Positions 29,331-43,308 of a stretch of DNA of 64,000 bases are shown here, one piece after another. The notes beneath the pieces are model-generated. The model was not told the origin of the DNA. It was given only the letters and a program-made list of their open reading frames with translations, and ran no database searches. The stretch lies in assembly GCF_006345805.1 (NCBI RefSeq), contig NC_043005.1:69874001-69938000 (forward strand), written 5' to 3'. Origin of the DNA: Octopus sinensis (taxonomy: Eukaryota). Numbering within the stretch: the stretch's first letter is position 1; every line of letters begins with the position of its first letter. The position numbers were made by a program, and so were the translations under genes.

Positions 29331-31586
29331 AAATTTAGTCTTTGTCTCAATATAAGACAGAAATATATGTATTAATATGCCGGATGTTTCTCGTGGACGT
29401 ACGCACGATTTGTTTAAGAGAATTGCCAAATGTTTATAATTGAAAAATATGCCACTATCCTTTGGAGAAAAATCGCTAGTTTATAATTCATAATTGGATT
29501 ATACAAATCTTCTTTTATAGGTCGTGACAGTATTTTGTCGATTAGTAGTGATCACCCACTGGCGCACAACTTTGTGGCAAATTTATATATTCCTTGAGGA
29601 TAGGGCTAATTGTTTTTCATTTTCTGAAGCGTTTCTGGTGAATATTTATGCTCTGAATTTGTATTAGCATTTTACTAAAATCTTGATTGCGTACAAATTC
29701 GTATATCATCCTTATTCTGGATGTTTTAGCAAAGTTTGCTTTTACTAATAATGGTAGAGTCGCATTGTAAAGAGGAATGCCTCAAAAGAAAGTAAAACTA
29801 TCTTGAAATTTTGTCAGAATATTTAAAGATAATAATTGTTTGAAATATTCCAATAAAAATAAAATTATACTCTTAAAAAATAAAACGCAGCTATAGCCAA
29901 AATCTGTTTACCAGAAGAACATTAAGAAATGTTGGCAGAAAGCTGGAAACTTGCCAATTCTAACTGTCAGTGGTAACGTTGATTTTAAAAGCAGTGAGGG
30001 AAAAATATATGAAATCTTCAAAATCTGAAATAAATAATAAATGAAGACTATAAAAATATAGGTGGAATAATAATCTACTATATCGTGATTTTTCTGCTGA
30101 AATTTGAAATCTGGCAAAACGAAAGATACATTCCAAGTTAGTCCTGATATAAAGTTAAGAAACATTTCGGGTTTCTAAAAAGATTGGAGTTATAACTATG
30201 CACGCATGTGCGCAAAACGCGCACACGTACACATACACACACATACACGCACACAATAGCATACACACAAACGTACATACGCAAACACACACACCGGCAC
30301 ACACATACATACTTACACAATATGTATGCATATATGTGTGTATATATAGATACGCACATATATTTTCATATATATATATATATATATATATATGCTATAT
30401 TCTGTAAAGAACATAGTAGAGCTCATTATAGAGCTCGCCCACCTTCAAATTTACCCTGTGCTGTCCAGTAGTAGTATTATATGCACTTCCAGGTTTGCGT
30501 TTGGGCATCTATCGTGTGTGAACAGGTAATTCAACAAATTGGAGTCAACAAGAATGGGTACAGTTGGACATTTATTTTTAATCACTACATTTGTTTCAAC
30601 GCAATGAAGTACCGCTCGGCAGGTACTTGATTATGGAACTGTTTCGCTGCATTATGGGAGGTAGTTGTGTTTCCTCAGGTGATATGTAATATTGCCTCCG
30701 TACGTTTAAATTCCTAGCCTTCAAGGACATCGTATCTATCTGTTCTGGCCTGCATTGAGGCCACGCGAGAGGAAACACAACATCTCATAATGCAGGGAAA
30801 CAGCACCTGAAAGGCATGGTCATTCATGGTGTATTCGTGAATAAATCAAAAACCGAAATATTTTTGAACGCTTTTGCCGCAGTTTTCATGGGCGCACCGG
30901 ACGAGAACTCAAATTTGATCTTTTCTGAGAAAGCGTCCCAACATGTAAAAAGCCTGTGACCTTTATGACAGTGCATATGACCAATGGGCGGAAATCATAA
31001 CTAAGGGATTTTATGTAGGTTATTTTCCATTAGCCGATAAAGAAATGTAAACTGAACGGCTTAAGAAAACATCAACACAGCTAACAATATGAATTAAGAA
31101 AATGTTCCTGCATGCAAACAACGCCTGATTTGTATGAAGTTAGTGCAGATTGCAATGTTATTGATAGATAATGGTGCTTTTTATCTGCTTGTGTGGTTGG
31201 TTTTTACATAGAGTACATCGTTACAAAACAGCTATCACAATAAACTAAGAAAGTATTCCTACATGTAAACTGGGTGTGATCTTTGTGATGACAGTGCATT
31301 TGTCTAAAAGCAGAACTGCTGTCCTTCATGGAGCGCTTGTCAATTGGCTGAAGCGACAGGAAAGGCATTGTCTTTTCATGGCATACTCGTGAATAAGTCA
31401 GAAACCGAAATAAGTCGATCTATTGTTTAGGAAAATAGTATTTACTTGTTCAAGTGTTGTACTGGGTAAGTTGCAAAAATAACAGTTCAAATACTAAGAA
31501 ATAAACATACTCAAATTGATTCATAGCAAATAAAATCAGTGACCTTGTCTGACAATTTCTTGTAAGAGAGCCCACATAATGTAGAA

Positions 31587-31642
<56 letters not shown>

Positions 31643-31789
31643 ATATATATATACATACATACAGCATAACCACCTGCAGCTTGTCACTGTGACATATTGT
31701 TTTTAATTGGAAAATTTAAGATTATATTTGTGCTAACTGGTTTGGAAACGAAAATGTATTCCACGTGATTTGTTGCAGGTTGTTTAATA

Positions 31790-32075
31790 AATCGAGAAAT
31801 ATTTATTATTCATTTTTTTCAATTATTATATATAGGAAAAAGAATGGGCTATTTCCCTTGGGTGTTAAAAGAAAATATATTGGTTATAACCGTGGATCAC
31901 TTTTATGGGCCCTAGCCATCCAATTATTGATTTTTCTATTAAACTTCAATCGAGCCTAGTAACAAACTGGATGTTAGTTTAGTATGTTTGCAAAGTTTCA
32001 CAAAAATTCGTTAGCGGGTGTAGATGGCAACTTGACACAAATAGACAAGCAAACAAACAACTTGCTTTATATGTA
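31790..32075 (-). mobile_element. Helitron-like 5' region
   Basis: GCAAAGTTTCACAAAAATTCG..GACAAGCAAACAAACAACTTGCTTTATAT resembles the reverse complement of non-autonomous Helitron 5' ends. Confidence 0.35.
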
Positions 32076-32076
32076 T

Positions 32077-32165
<89 letters not shown>

Positions 32166-33823
32166 AGGCGCCTTGTCTTGCTTCTTCTACGACATTCGAT
32201 ATGATATTTTTTAACAATCAGCTTCGTGGGCCGAATTACTTCTGGACGTTATTTCGCAAAAAACCAGCAATTCATCAAAACATGTACATTTTGTATATAC
32301 GACTAATAATGTTGAAAACTCTCCTTAAAGATAAATAAAATCCCTGAAGGTGTGTACGCAATCGAATCATCACAGGTAACACTTTGTAATATCAGGCAAG
32401 AGAAATTTAACGTATTATTACTAACATATTAGCATAATAGAACATGTCACGTACAACAGAACAATACTCTGCTATGCAGAGGTCTGCACTAATACATCTA
32501 TTCTATCTTCAGTGTTAAATAATTGATGTTGAAGCTTTCTTTCTCACATAGGTACTACGAAGAAGTGTATTAGCATTTAAAAATAATAGTAGTTCAGACG
32601 AAGATAGCAGTACACAATCTGAAAATATTCTTACAGTTTTACAGTGCACACAATATATTCCCATTGCAATATTGTTCGACAATTTATGAAAAAAACTTGT
32701 TAAAATCTACCAAATGCATTTTAACGTTTAAAAGCTTGTCTTCAATTTATTAAAATTCATGTTATTTTGTCAATATTTTTAGATGAAAATATATAGTTTA
32801 ATCATAAGGCCTGTAATGAATAAACGTATAACGCCGCCATTTCAAATATATACACTCAGCCCAGTAAAATTCCATGCAAACACCATTTGCCATTGTATCA
32901 CATTTTTTCTGTTTTTAAACAAGCAGCTATATTTTTAGTGGGTGGTAAAATGGGCGGAGACAAAGTGTATTGCCGTGAGATCTTATACGGTAGATAAAAT
33001 GCTAATAATTTTTTAACATGTAGCAAATACAAAAATGAGTGCTTATAAGTAATAACTAAGGATATCACATAACACATTCTTGAATGATAATTCGACGCCG
33101 GTGTTCTCCCACACATACACAAGCACAACCATACACAAAAACGCGCGCGAGCACACACCCATACACACACACACTCACACACACAAACACACAAAACTAA
33201 GGAAAAATCGAATGAAAAATGCAGTCAAATGATTTGCCGGTGGTTCCATGTGTTTAACATCTGATTGAGGCAGATTCTCCTTAAATTTCCAATTTGTGAA
33301 CCAGATGAGAAACTACATATCAACATCAATATGAAGTAGCAATGTGTGTTACAAATAACGTCCTATTATCCCACCTTCCAAGGCATGTTGTGTGTACACG
33401 TATTTCATGTCATGAGCGCATGATAACCAATATATACAAGTCTACCCCTAGATTAACCAAGAATAATGATATAGTATGCGATTTAAATGGTCAACAGTAA
33501 TCATGTTGTTTTATAACTCGTTTCCACCAGGCATGAACCATACACCAAACACACTCCTTCCCCGATCTACTCATGAGATAATTGCTGGCAATGAAGTACC
33601 ATAACCTACAGATTGACGAGGGGATACTGTTAACTTGTCTGCATTGCAACGAGCATTAATGTTTAATAATACCTGATGTGGTCAAACGAAACCTGGATTA
33701 TATATGCGAGTTATTAAGGTATCCGCCTGGATAATATATCACTTTTACACTCCCTTCATATATATATATATTAGTGTGTATGTAAAATATATAATATATA
33801 TACAACATACACACACATACGCA

Positions 33824-33878
<55 letters not shown>

Positions 33879-33896
33879 CATAGATACTTATACATG

Positions 33897-33989
<93 letters not shown>

Positions 33990-34876
33990 CTATGTATATA
34001 TAAAGGGTTAGGTGTGGTGTTCAGATATTGAATATTGAGAAAAAACGTCGCCAGTGTTCTGGAATTTTTTTTTATTTATCTATTATTATTAGCAATTTCG
34101 TTCGTTTCATGAACTTGTCAAATAGAACTTTGAGAATGTACACACATCTTGTTCATTTATATAAAACAGATGTTTGGCGAGGATTTCTTTGAGAAGAGGA
34201 GAACATTTTTTGTTTTGATGAGATTCCATGAAAATAGAGATAGATAGATAGATAGAAAGATAGGTAGGTTGATAGATAGATAAATAGTCAGACAGAGAGA
34301 TAGAGAGGTAGAGAGGGGGAGAGACAGGAGAGGAAGGGGATCTCCCTTACTATCTATTCACCATTGTATTGAAATAGGTTTAAGAATGGTAACTCTTGAA
34401 TAAAACAGGTGTACTGTGGTCATCACTGAAATTTATTTTGCTTTCTTTCTCTCCATTTTCCCCGTCTTCCCTTCTTTATTTTAACTGTTCTTCCTTTTTG
34501 TCCCCGTTTCTCCTCTTTCCTACTTTTTTCATCTTCCTTTCTTTTTCTCTTCTCTGAGTTATAATTAGAATACAAAATATGGTGTCTCTGCTTTTCTTTC
34601 AAACATTCAGTTTTGCAGAGAATTTTTGATGAAATGTAGTTCTTGATATTTACAGAGATGAGCACTATGTTTCCAATATTCGAGTTATATTTTAGAATAG
34701 AAAATGGACTCTCTCTGCTTTTCTTTCAAACATTCAATTTTGGAAAGAATTGTTTGATGAAATGTATCTATATTACTTTTCGGTAATGCGGATCGTCTCG
34801 TGCACATTCTTAAAAGGGAAGAATTTTGAATTTTCCGTCGCTGCATATTTCCTATATATCTATCTATCTATCTATC

Positions 34877-35165
34877 TTTTTTTTTTTCCTTTTCCCCTTT
34901 TTCCCCCTTTTTTCTTCTTTTTTCATTTCTTTTTTCATTTGTTCCTTTTCCTTTTCTTTTCTTTTTTCTTTTTATTCTTTTCATTTATTTTTATTTATTT
35001 TTTGTTCTTTTCTTCCCTTTTACGATCCCTCTTGATCGAAAACCTACGCCACCTCTTTTTTTTTCTTTTCATCCCCCAAAAGAAAAGCGCTACCTTGTAA
35101 CTTGTCCCATCTGTGTGCAGCCCTGTGTGGCCAATAAAGAAACTTATCTATCTATCTATCTATCT
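34877..35165 (+). mobile_element. 3' UTR fragment of a Tx1/L1-like LINE inside (TATC)n
   Basis: Homologous to 36240-36415 (ACGATCC..TTGATCG, AAAAGCGCTAC, CTGTGTGGCCAATAAA); (TATC)n on both sides. Confidence 0.7.
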
Positions 35166-35169
35166 ACCA

Positions 35170-36415
35170 ATCTTTCCTAGGTGATCCATTTGCTGTGAAC
35201 AACTGCTAAATTGAGGGCTGGGCATGCCGTGTTTGATGATGCATAGACATCCCCTCATACTGCGACATCTACGGCGCTCCATAGACGACAGTGAACATGT
35301 GTTGTTGCTGTTTGCGCGGCGCACTTTTCTACAGCTCGTCGTGTTTGGGAGAACTGCAGTCGTGGATCAAACAAAGGCCGAGGTTAGGCGAATGGCACCA
35401 CAAGTCTCAAGTGACTCTGCCGTCCGGGACCAACCTTATGCGATTTCAATTTAACAAACGTGTTCTATAGAGGATTAGTGGAGGGGAGGTGCGACGACTT
35501 TCAAGAAGTAGAATCTGGGTGTCAACGAGGAACACCCAACCAGCCTGTTCAGGACAACTTTTGGGCCGGTACCTATGGACAATCACCAGAAATACCTGAC
35601 CTGGCAGCTATCAAGAATCAATGCCCATTTCGGGATAAGCTATACAAGCAGGCTTCGAGACACACCAGACCGACTTGCCTGAGACGCGTTCAAGGTGACG
35701 AAACCGTTCTGCACGCACTCGTGCAGTGTCCAACCATTTCGGATATGTGGGCTTATGCCGAACGGATGCTGTTACGTGTGGGACGAGTTCGCTTGTCGGC
35801 CGAGTCTATGGTGAAAATTACTCCGTCACAATCTCTTAACCGGGACGGCAAGGCAGTCTTCATTGTACCGGTGGCCATGGTTAAATAATGTGAGTGGTGG
35901 AATCGAACGAAGGTTTTAAAGACAAACACTTACCTCTCTGGCCAATCGCTAATCAACTTGTTTAAGTACCACTTGAAAAGGAATGTAATAATAGAGAGAA
36001 GTCTTGTCTCGTGAAACATTCAATAAAGGCTGGGTGAATGTAGCAAACATGATACGTACGAATGAGAAAACCACTTTGAGCATGATCTTGTAAATGGTAA
36101 AGGACGAGATTAAGAGAGTTAGGTAGTAATTTGCCCTCATGTGTTTCCTCCTCCCTGCCTGACGTTACCGTGCTCTTTTTCGCAGGCTTTTCTTTCTAAG
36201 GATAAACCTAATTTGTCTCTTTTTTTACATTAATGATTTTTCTGTGATACACGATCCCTTTTCCTTCCTTTGTTTTTGTTTTACACGATCCTTTTTGATC
36301 GGAAATTTATTTCCGCTTCCTTTTCTTTGACTATTTTCAAAAAGCTCTACATTTTATTTTTGTTCCCTCTGTGTTCGACTCTGTGTAGCTAATAAAACTA
36401 CTTATTTATCTATCT
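35170..36415 (+). mobile_element. 5'-truncated Tx1/L1-like LINE: zinc-binding C-terminus and 3' UTR
   Basis: ORF 35460-35888 has PTCLRRVQGDETVLHALVQCP, a decayed CxxC..H..C zf-RVT motif; AATAAA then TATC at the 3' end. Confidence 0.8.
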
Positions 36416-36629
36416 CCATTGTTATGGAACCTCACCCAAAGAAACAAAAAAAAACTATGTTCTCCTCTTCTACAACATCTTCCCCTAAAAACACCTGTTA
36501 TATAAATGAACAAGCTGTTTGTACATTCAGAAAATTGGATTTGACAAGTTCAGGAAACCAACGAATGCACTAATAATAATGAATAAATGAAAAGAATTGT
36601 TTTTCCAAATTCGGGCGATGTTTTTTCTG

Positions 36630-36684
<55 letters not shown>

Positions 36685-36723
36685 ATATATATATATAATA
36701 TGTATAGATATATATATATATTG

Positions 36724-36755
<32 letters not shown>

Positions 36756-36826
36756 ATATTATATATATATATATATATATAATATATATATATATATAAT
36801 ATATAATATATATATATTATATATAT

Positions 36827-36870
<44 letters not shown>

Positions 36871-36951
36871 ATATATATATAATATATAATATATATATAT
36901 CTATATATATATATATATATATATAATATAGTATTATATATATATAACCAT

Positions 36952-37081
36952 TATTGGTGAATTGAAGAAATGGAGCTGAACGCAGATTGAACAGAAATCG
37001 TTTTATTTCACTATGAAATAAAAATGAAATAAAACGATTTCTGTTCATCTGCGTTCAGCTCCATTTCTTCAATCACCAATA
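36952..37081. repeat. Foldback with ~58-bp arms between TA tracts
   Basis: TTGAAGAAATGGAGCTGAACGCAGAT mirrors ATCTGCGTTCAGCTCCATTTCTTCAA. Confidence 0.9.
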
Positions 37082-37233
37082 TGTTTTAATTTCAATTATC
37101 CGCACCCCACCACGCACGGTTGAACCCAGATGGTTGTACCTCCAACCGTCTGTTCACTGCTGTGATTTTTGCTACTAAGGTATCGGTTAAACTTTTGATT
37201 AATCCACTACAAGATTATCATCTTCTATTTCAC

Positions 37234-37265
<32 letters not shown>

Positions 37266-37267
<2 letters not shown>

Positions 37268-37506
37268 CGCAATGGAGGCGCAATGGCCTAGTGGTTAGGG
37301 CAGCGGACTTGCGGTCGGAGGATCGCGGTTTCGATTCCCAGGCCGGGCGTTGTGTGTGTTTATTGAGCGAAAACACCTAAAAGCTCCACGAGGCTCCGGC
37401 AGGAGGTGGTGATCCCTGCTGTACTCTTTCACCACTCTAAAAGGCGGTGCTCCAGCATGGCCGCAGTCAAATGACTGAAACAAGTACAGAAAAAAAAAAA
37501 AAAAAA
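37266..37506 (+). mobile_element. Chimeric SINE: family A head, family B tail, poly(A)
   Basis: 37266-37435 matches the head of 28328-28730; 37438-37490 matches the tail of 48503-48906. Confidence 0.85.
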
Positions 37507-39030
37507 TATATAATCAAAATATCCTTGTTGCTTATTTTGATTGGAATCACTTCATTTTGAAATTATATGGATGATACCGCACTAAATTCTTGTGCCTCAA
37601 TTTAAGTACCATATATTCACCTGAATCTAAATTTTGTTATATATCATATATATGAGATTTTTATCGTCACTACTTCTCCCTGAAGTTGCCGAATCACCTG
37701 TATTGCAAGAAATAATAAGAACGCTTAACGATGTAAGACTAGTTACACTCACCCAGATATATGACACCAACTTCAATATATGACGAGTGAAAATTGTTAA
37801 GGAGCGTGCCTGAAGCGAAGTGTAGAACTGAATATCAATTCCCAATAATAATACAAAATAATATAAACGACTTCATTTCCTATATGTCTTTCATAACGCA
37901 GTAATGAAATGTATTTACCACTACTGAAACGGTACAAAGAATGCATACATGTCAATGTAGTAAATAATCCGGATAATTTTCCCTCACCATCACTATTATA
38001 TAACAGCATATAGAAGAGCGCATTGAAAGATATAAGCAGCAAACTCCAAGACGGTAAACGAGTTTTTTTGCATGTATAGAAAGCACAGACTCGTATATTC
38101 ACCTCACTGACGCACACGCGCGCTGAAACGCACGTACATACACACATGGACACACTCACTAACACATTCACATACATACACACACACAATCACATAAAGT
38201 GTGTGTATATATATATATATAGAAAGAGAGAGAGAGAGAGAGAGTTATATAGATAGATATATCTGGAGAAACGTCAAGATATATATATATATATATATTA
38301 TATATATTGTGAGTTTGGGGCAGGTTGGATACTGTTTCGCAAATATCGGTCAGTAAAAATGCCATAGGACGATAGATTACTGTGTAAAAAAAAAATATTT
38401 AATAGGTTGATATACGCAGAAAGACGAGTTAGGACACGTTTACAGTGATTTGCAAATATAGATTCCAGTGAAAATTAGATTTTGCTCACACAGACATACA
38501 TAACGCACATACACGCAAGCACGCACACACACATATGCGTATAAATACATGCGCACGCACGTACATATGTACATACGATTGTATATATATATATATATAT
38601 TATATATATATATTATAAATATGTGTGTATATATATAATATATACATATATATATATATATTAGATAGATAGACATGCATATATATACATATATATATAT
38701 ACTATATATATAATATATATATATACATACATATATATGTATATATATGTATATGTATATATATACATATATATTATATATATATATATATATGGGTGTA
38801 TATATATAACAAAAAAATATATATATGCATGTAAATATATCTTATTAACTAGAATACATATCCTAATATAATTTCTTGAATTCTCCTTCCAATTAATAGT
38901 TATTATTAATGTATTTTTCTTTAATAATTCTTTGCATTAAATATTAATTACTGCTTTAGCATGTATACTTATACGTACACACACCTACATACGCGTACTT
39001 ACATACACACACACTCACACACACACACAC

Positions 39031-39075
<45 letters not shown>

Positions 39076-39763
39076 TATCATATATATATATATATATATA
39101 TACATGCATGCTGAGCCAGTGTGAATAAGTGTGCTGAATAGTCGAATTACTAGCCTAATTGTGTCTGAATTGTTTCCTTTATTATAATGAGCTTTATTCC
39201 TCTCATCTTCAATCCTCACCAGAATACTTCCCCGCATTAAACAAAAATCATGTACGTCAGTGCGAATGATTATTGCGGCTTTTGCGTTGGTCGATGCACT
39301 TAGAAAATCCAAATATATCACGACTTCCTTTCAACGGTTGATCCTCGCTTTTTACAAATAATCATACATATGCAGCGGTTATTTAAAGGAATTGCTGATA
39401 TGAACGAGAAAAATTCTACTGATTAGTAATTAGGTGATTCTTCTTTGAAAAGAACATAGTGCGTGTGTTTTGATAATACATTGTGTTACATTGCATACAG
39501 AAAAACGTGGGCGATTGAGCTACATTTCCCGTATATTTTGTATTCCTGCTAATGAATAGAGGCATTGCCATTGTTTGTAATTTCGGAAGCTTACTAATTC
39601 ACATGAACCCGTTCAAACATATCTCAATCACTTTTTCTTCTAACTTCCTCCCTATTATTATGCTGAATCAGTCAACCGACAAGAAGTATTGATGAGTTCA
39701 GCTTAATTTTATCAAGGGTAACAGTAATATGTGTATATGTGTGTATGTATATGTATGTATGTA

Positions 39764-39842
<79 letters not shown>

Positions 39843-39856
39843 GATCTATCTATCTA

Positions 39857-39904
<48 letters not shown>

Positions 39905-40982
39905 TATATATATTAATCAATAATATATATATATATATATATAAATCAATCAATCTATATATATGTATGTATATATATATATATATATATAAAAGAAATA
40001 TTTAAAATTCAGTTGACTAAGGTACTTAAGATGATGTACCAAGCCAGTCCGGTATTATCGGCAAGGAAGACTCGAAGTTTTATTTATACACACATACATG
40101 CATGCACACATACATACATACATACATACATACATACATTCATACATACATACATACATACATACATTCATACATACATACATACATACATACATAGATA
40201 CATACATACACACATACATACATACATACATACATACGTACATATATATATATCATTATAACATTCTTCCAACTGGGTGTTTCGAAACCGCAACTTCAAA
40301 TCACTATACAATAGCAGCATACACGCACAAGTTGCCGACGTCACCTATCTCTAGACCAATGAAATTTTACAAACAATCGTTGCTGACATCGCCTTTAAGA
40401 GATGACTGTTCCCCACAGCGCAGCAAACCAGGTAGAACAAGACTTGACCACCGGATAAACAAGAAGTCAGCAGAACTTAAACGAATCAAAAACCAGATTC
40501 GCTCGTTGAAAAGTTTATAAAACACCGGATTCCAAAATACACCGTTATCCTTAATTTCTCCTTTGACTTTTTCCCTCTTAACTCAGCATGACTGAAAATC
40601 TGATGTTATCCATTTCTAGTCGATCACTACTAACACTAATGAGCTTTGTACATTCCAACAAACTGATGCACAGTTTCCATTATTCACTTATGAACTTTTA
40701 AACTCATCAACATCGAAATTTTTTAACATGGTTTTCTAATTCATAATTCAAAATTTTTCTGTTATGAACATTTGAATTTTTGGAATTTGAAACATTTAAA
40801 AATTGATTTCTAATTCGTAATTTTACTTTTTGCCTATCATAAGCAAAAAATAATGTTGAAACAATTGTAAACAATAACAAGGTTTTTCAAATACAGGTGC
40901 AACAACAAATTTGCATCTATCTATCTATATATCTATCTATACACACAAATACATACATACATACATACATATATATATATAT

Positions 40983-41028
<46 letters not shown>

Positions 41029-41352
41029 CCGACCTCAGTCCCACTGCGTGGCACCTTGATTAAGTATCTTCTACTATAGCCTCGGGCCGACCAAAGCCTT
41101 CCAAGTGTTAACTCAAACCTTTTGAAATAATTATAGTTATAATTTATATACTTCTTATTTAATACAAGACTATTTATATTATGGATGTATCTGAACTGTG
41201 ATTTGTATGGTCTAATTTTTCCTTTTATATTCTAATTTATAATCGCTGAAATCGAATTTGTAAATATCTTTAAGGTTTTAGACATTTCTCATATTAAGTG
41301 CACTTATTTGAAATCCAGTATATTTTATTTGCAAAAGAATGTATTTGATATA

Positions 41353-41401
<49 letters not shown>

Positions 41402-41608
41402 TATATATATAATTTTACATTGTATAAAAGGGCTTAGTAAAATAAATTACTTTGCCACATACTGAACTCATTAGAAATAGCAGCCAAAAAAACATTTTTT
41501 AGCCATTTCTAATACTTAAAGAAAATTTCTCTCAGATAGTGCTTACTCAAAATAACCCACGAAGGTATGGGGGTAAAAAACATTAAAAATTCACAAGTGC
41601 AAAGATTA

Positions 41609-41670
41609 TTTGAGAACGTACGTTTCTAGATCAGCCAAATACAATTCGATATTTCTTTCGTCAGCCCAAA
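41609..41670 (-). ncRNA. Type I hammerhead motif, intact core, in the inverted arm
   Basis: Reverse complement of TTTGGG-CTGACGA..GAAAC-GTAC-GTT-CTCAAA. Confidence 0.8.
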
Positions 41671-42116
41671 ATTTCATAATTCGGATTTGGAAACACTGAA
41701 AGTAGGAGCATACCTTTTTGGCGACTTTTCACCTCAGAAGAACCGTTCAAACTAACAGTGCCAACAAATTCAAAATATGCAAGCGAAGCCCTTTTATACT
41801 ATGTAATATTTTGAATTCGCCTTAAATGGTCCCTTTACATACTGAATACTTGGTGAAATTGATTAATAGCTAATTAATCTTAACCTCAATTGTTGAAATT
41901 ATAATTCATTTCTCTCTGTTTAATGCCTCGGTTTCCACCGATAAAATATGGTGTTTACTAGTCTGACCCACGTGGGTGGAAGGGGGAGAGCAGGAATTCT
42001 TCGCTTGCATAATTTGAATTTGTTGGCACTGTTAGTTTAAACGGTTCTTCTGAGGTGAAAAGTCGCCAAAAAGGTATGCTCCTACTTTCAGTGTTTCCAA
42101 ATCCGATTTACGAAAT

Positions 42117-42178
42117 TTTGGGCTGACAAGAGAAGTGTCGAATTGTATTTTGCTGATCTTGAAACGTAAGTTCTCAAA
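42117..42178 (+). ncRNA. Hammerhead motif, degenerate
   Basis: Core CTGACAA and loop GTAA instead of CTGACGA and GTAC. Confidence 0.55.
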
Positions 42179-42682
42179 TAATCTTTGCACTTTTGAATTT
42201 TTAATGTTTTTACCCCCATAACTTCGTGGGTTATTTTGGGTAAGCACTATCTGAGAGAAATTTTCTTTAAGTATTAGAAATGGCTAAAAAATCTTTTTTT
42301 GGCTGCTATTTCTAATGAGTTCAGTATGTGGCAAAGTAATTTATTTTACTAAGCCCTTTTATACAATGTAGTATTCTGAATTCGCCTTAAATGGTCCCTT
42401 TACATACTGAATACTTGGTGAAATTGATTAATAGCTAATTTATTTTTACCCTCAATTGTTGAAACTATAATTCATTTCTCTCTGTTTAATGCCTCGGTTT
42501 TCACCGATAAAATATGGTGTTTACTAATCTGACCCACGTGGGTGGAAGGGGGAGAGCAGGAATTCTTCGCTTGCATATTTTGAATTTGTTGGCACTGTTA
42601 GTTTGAACGGTTCTTCTGAGGTGAAAAGTCGCCAAAAAGGTATGCTCCTACTTTCAGTGTTTCCAAATCCGAATTAAGAAAT

Positions 42683-42743
42683 TTTGGGCTGACGAAAGAA
42701 ATGTCGAATTGTATTTGGGTATCTAGAAACGTACGTTCTCAAA
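42683..42743 (+). ncRNA. Type I hammerhead motif, intact core
   Basis: CTGACGA 42689-42695, GAAAC-GTAC-GTT 42726-42737, stem I TTTGGG/CTCAAA. Confidence 0.8.
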
Positions 42744-43246
42744 TAATCTTTGCACTTGGGAATTTTTAATGTTTTTACCCCCATACCTTCGTGGGTTAGT
42801 TTGAGTAAGCACTATCTGAGAGAAATTTTCTTTAAGTATTAGAAATGGCTAAAAAATGTTTTTTTGGCTGCTATTTCTAATGAGTTCAGTATGTGGCAAA
42901 GTAATTTATTTTACTAAGCCCTTTTATACAATGTAATATTTTGAATTCGCCTTAAATGGTCCCTTTACATACTGAATACTTGGTGAAATTGATTAATAGC
43001 TAATTAATTTTACCCTCAATTGTTGAAATTATAATTCATTTCTCTCTGTTTAATGCCTCGGTTTTCACCGATAAAATATGGTGTTTACTAGTCTGACCCA
43101 CGTGGGTGGAAGGGGGAGAGCAGGAATTCTTCGCTTGCATATTTTGAATTTGTTGGCACTGTTAGTTTGAACATTTCTTCTGAGGTGAAAAGTCGCCAAA
43201 AAGGTATGCTCCTACTTTCAGTGTTTCCAAATCCGAATTAAGAAAT

Positions 43247-43308
43247 TTTGGGCTGACGAAAGAAATGTCGAATCGTATTTGGCTGATCTAGAAACGTACG
43301 TTCTCAAA
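43247..43308 (+). ncRNA. Type I hammerhead motif, intact core
   Basis: CTGACGA 43253-43259, GAAAC-GTAC-GTT 43291-43302, stem I TTTGGG/CTCAAA. Confidence 0.82.

Noticed and set aside
32240-34125. Further HHR-like words at ~32240-32280 (-), ~33668-33700 (+) and ~34087-34125 (-), also ~21062-21135 (+)
   Set aside because: Two or more core mismatches or poor stems; possibly decayed ribozymes but not distinguishable from chance by eye.
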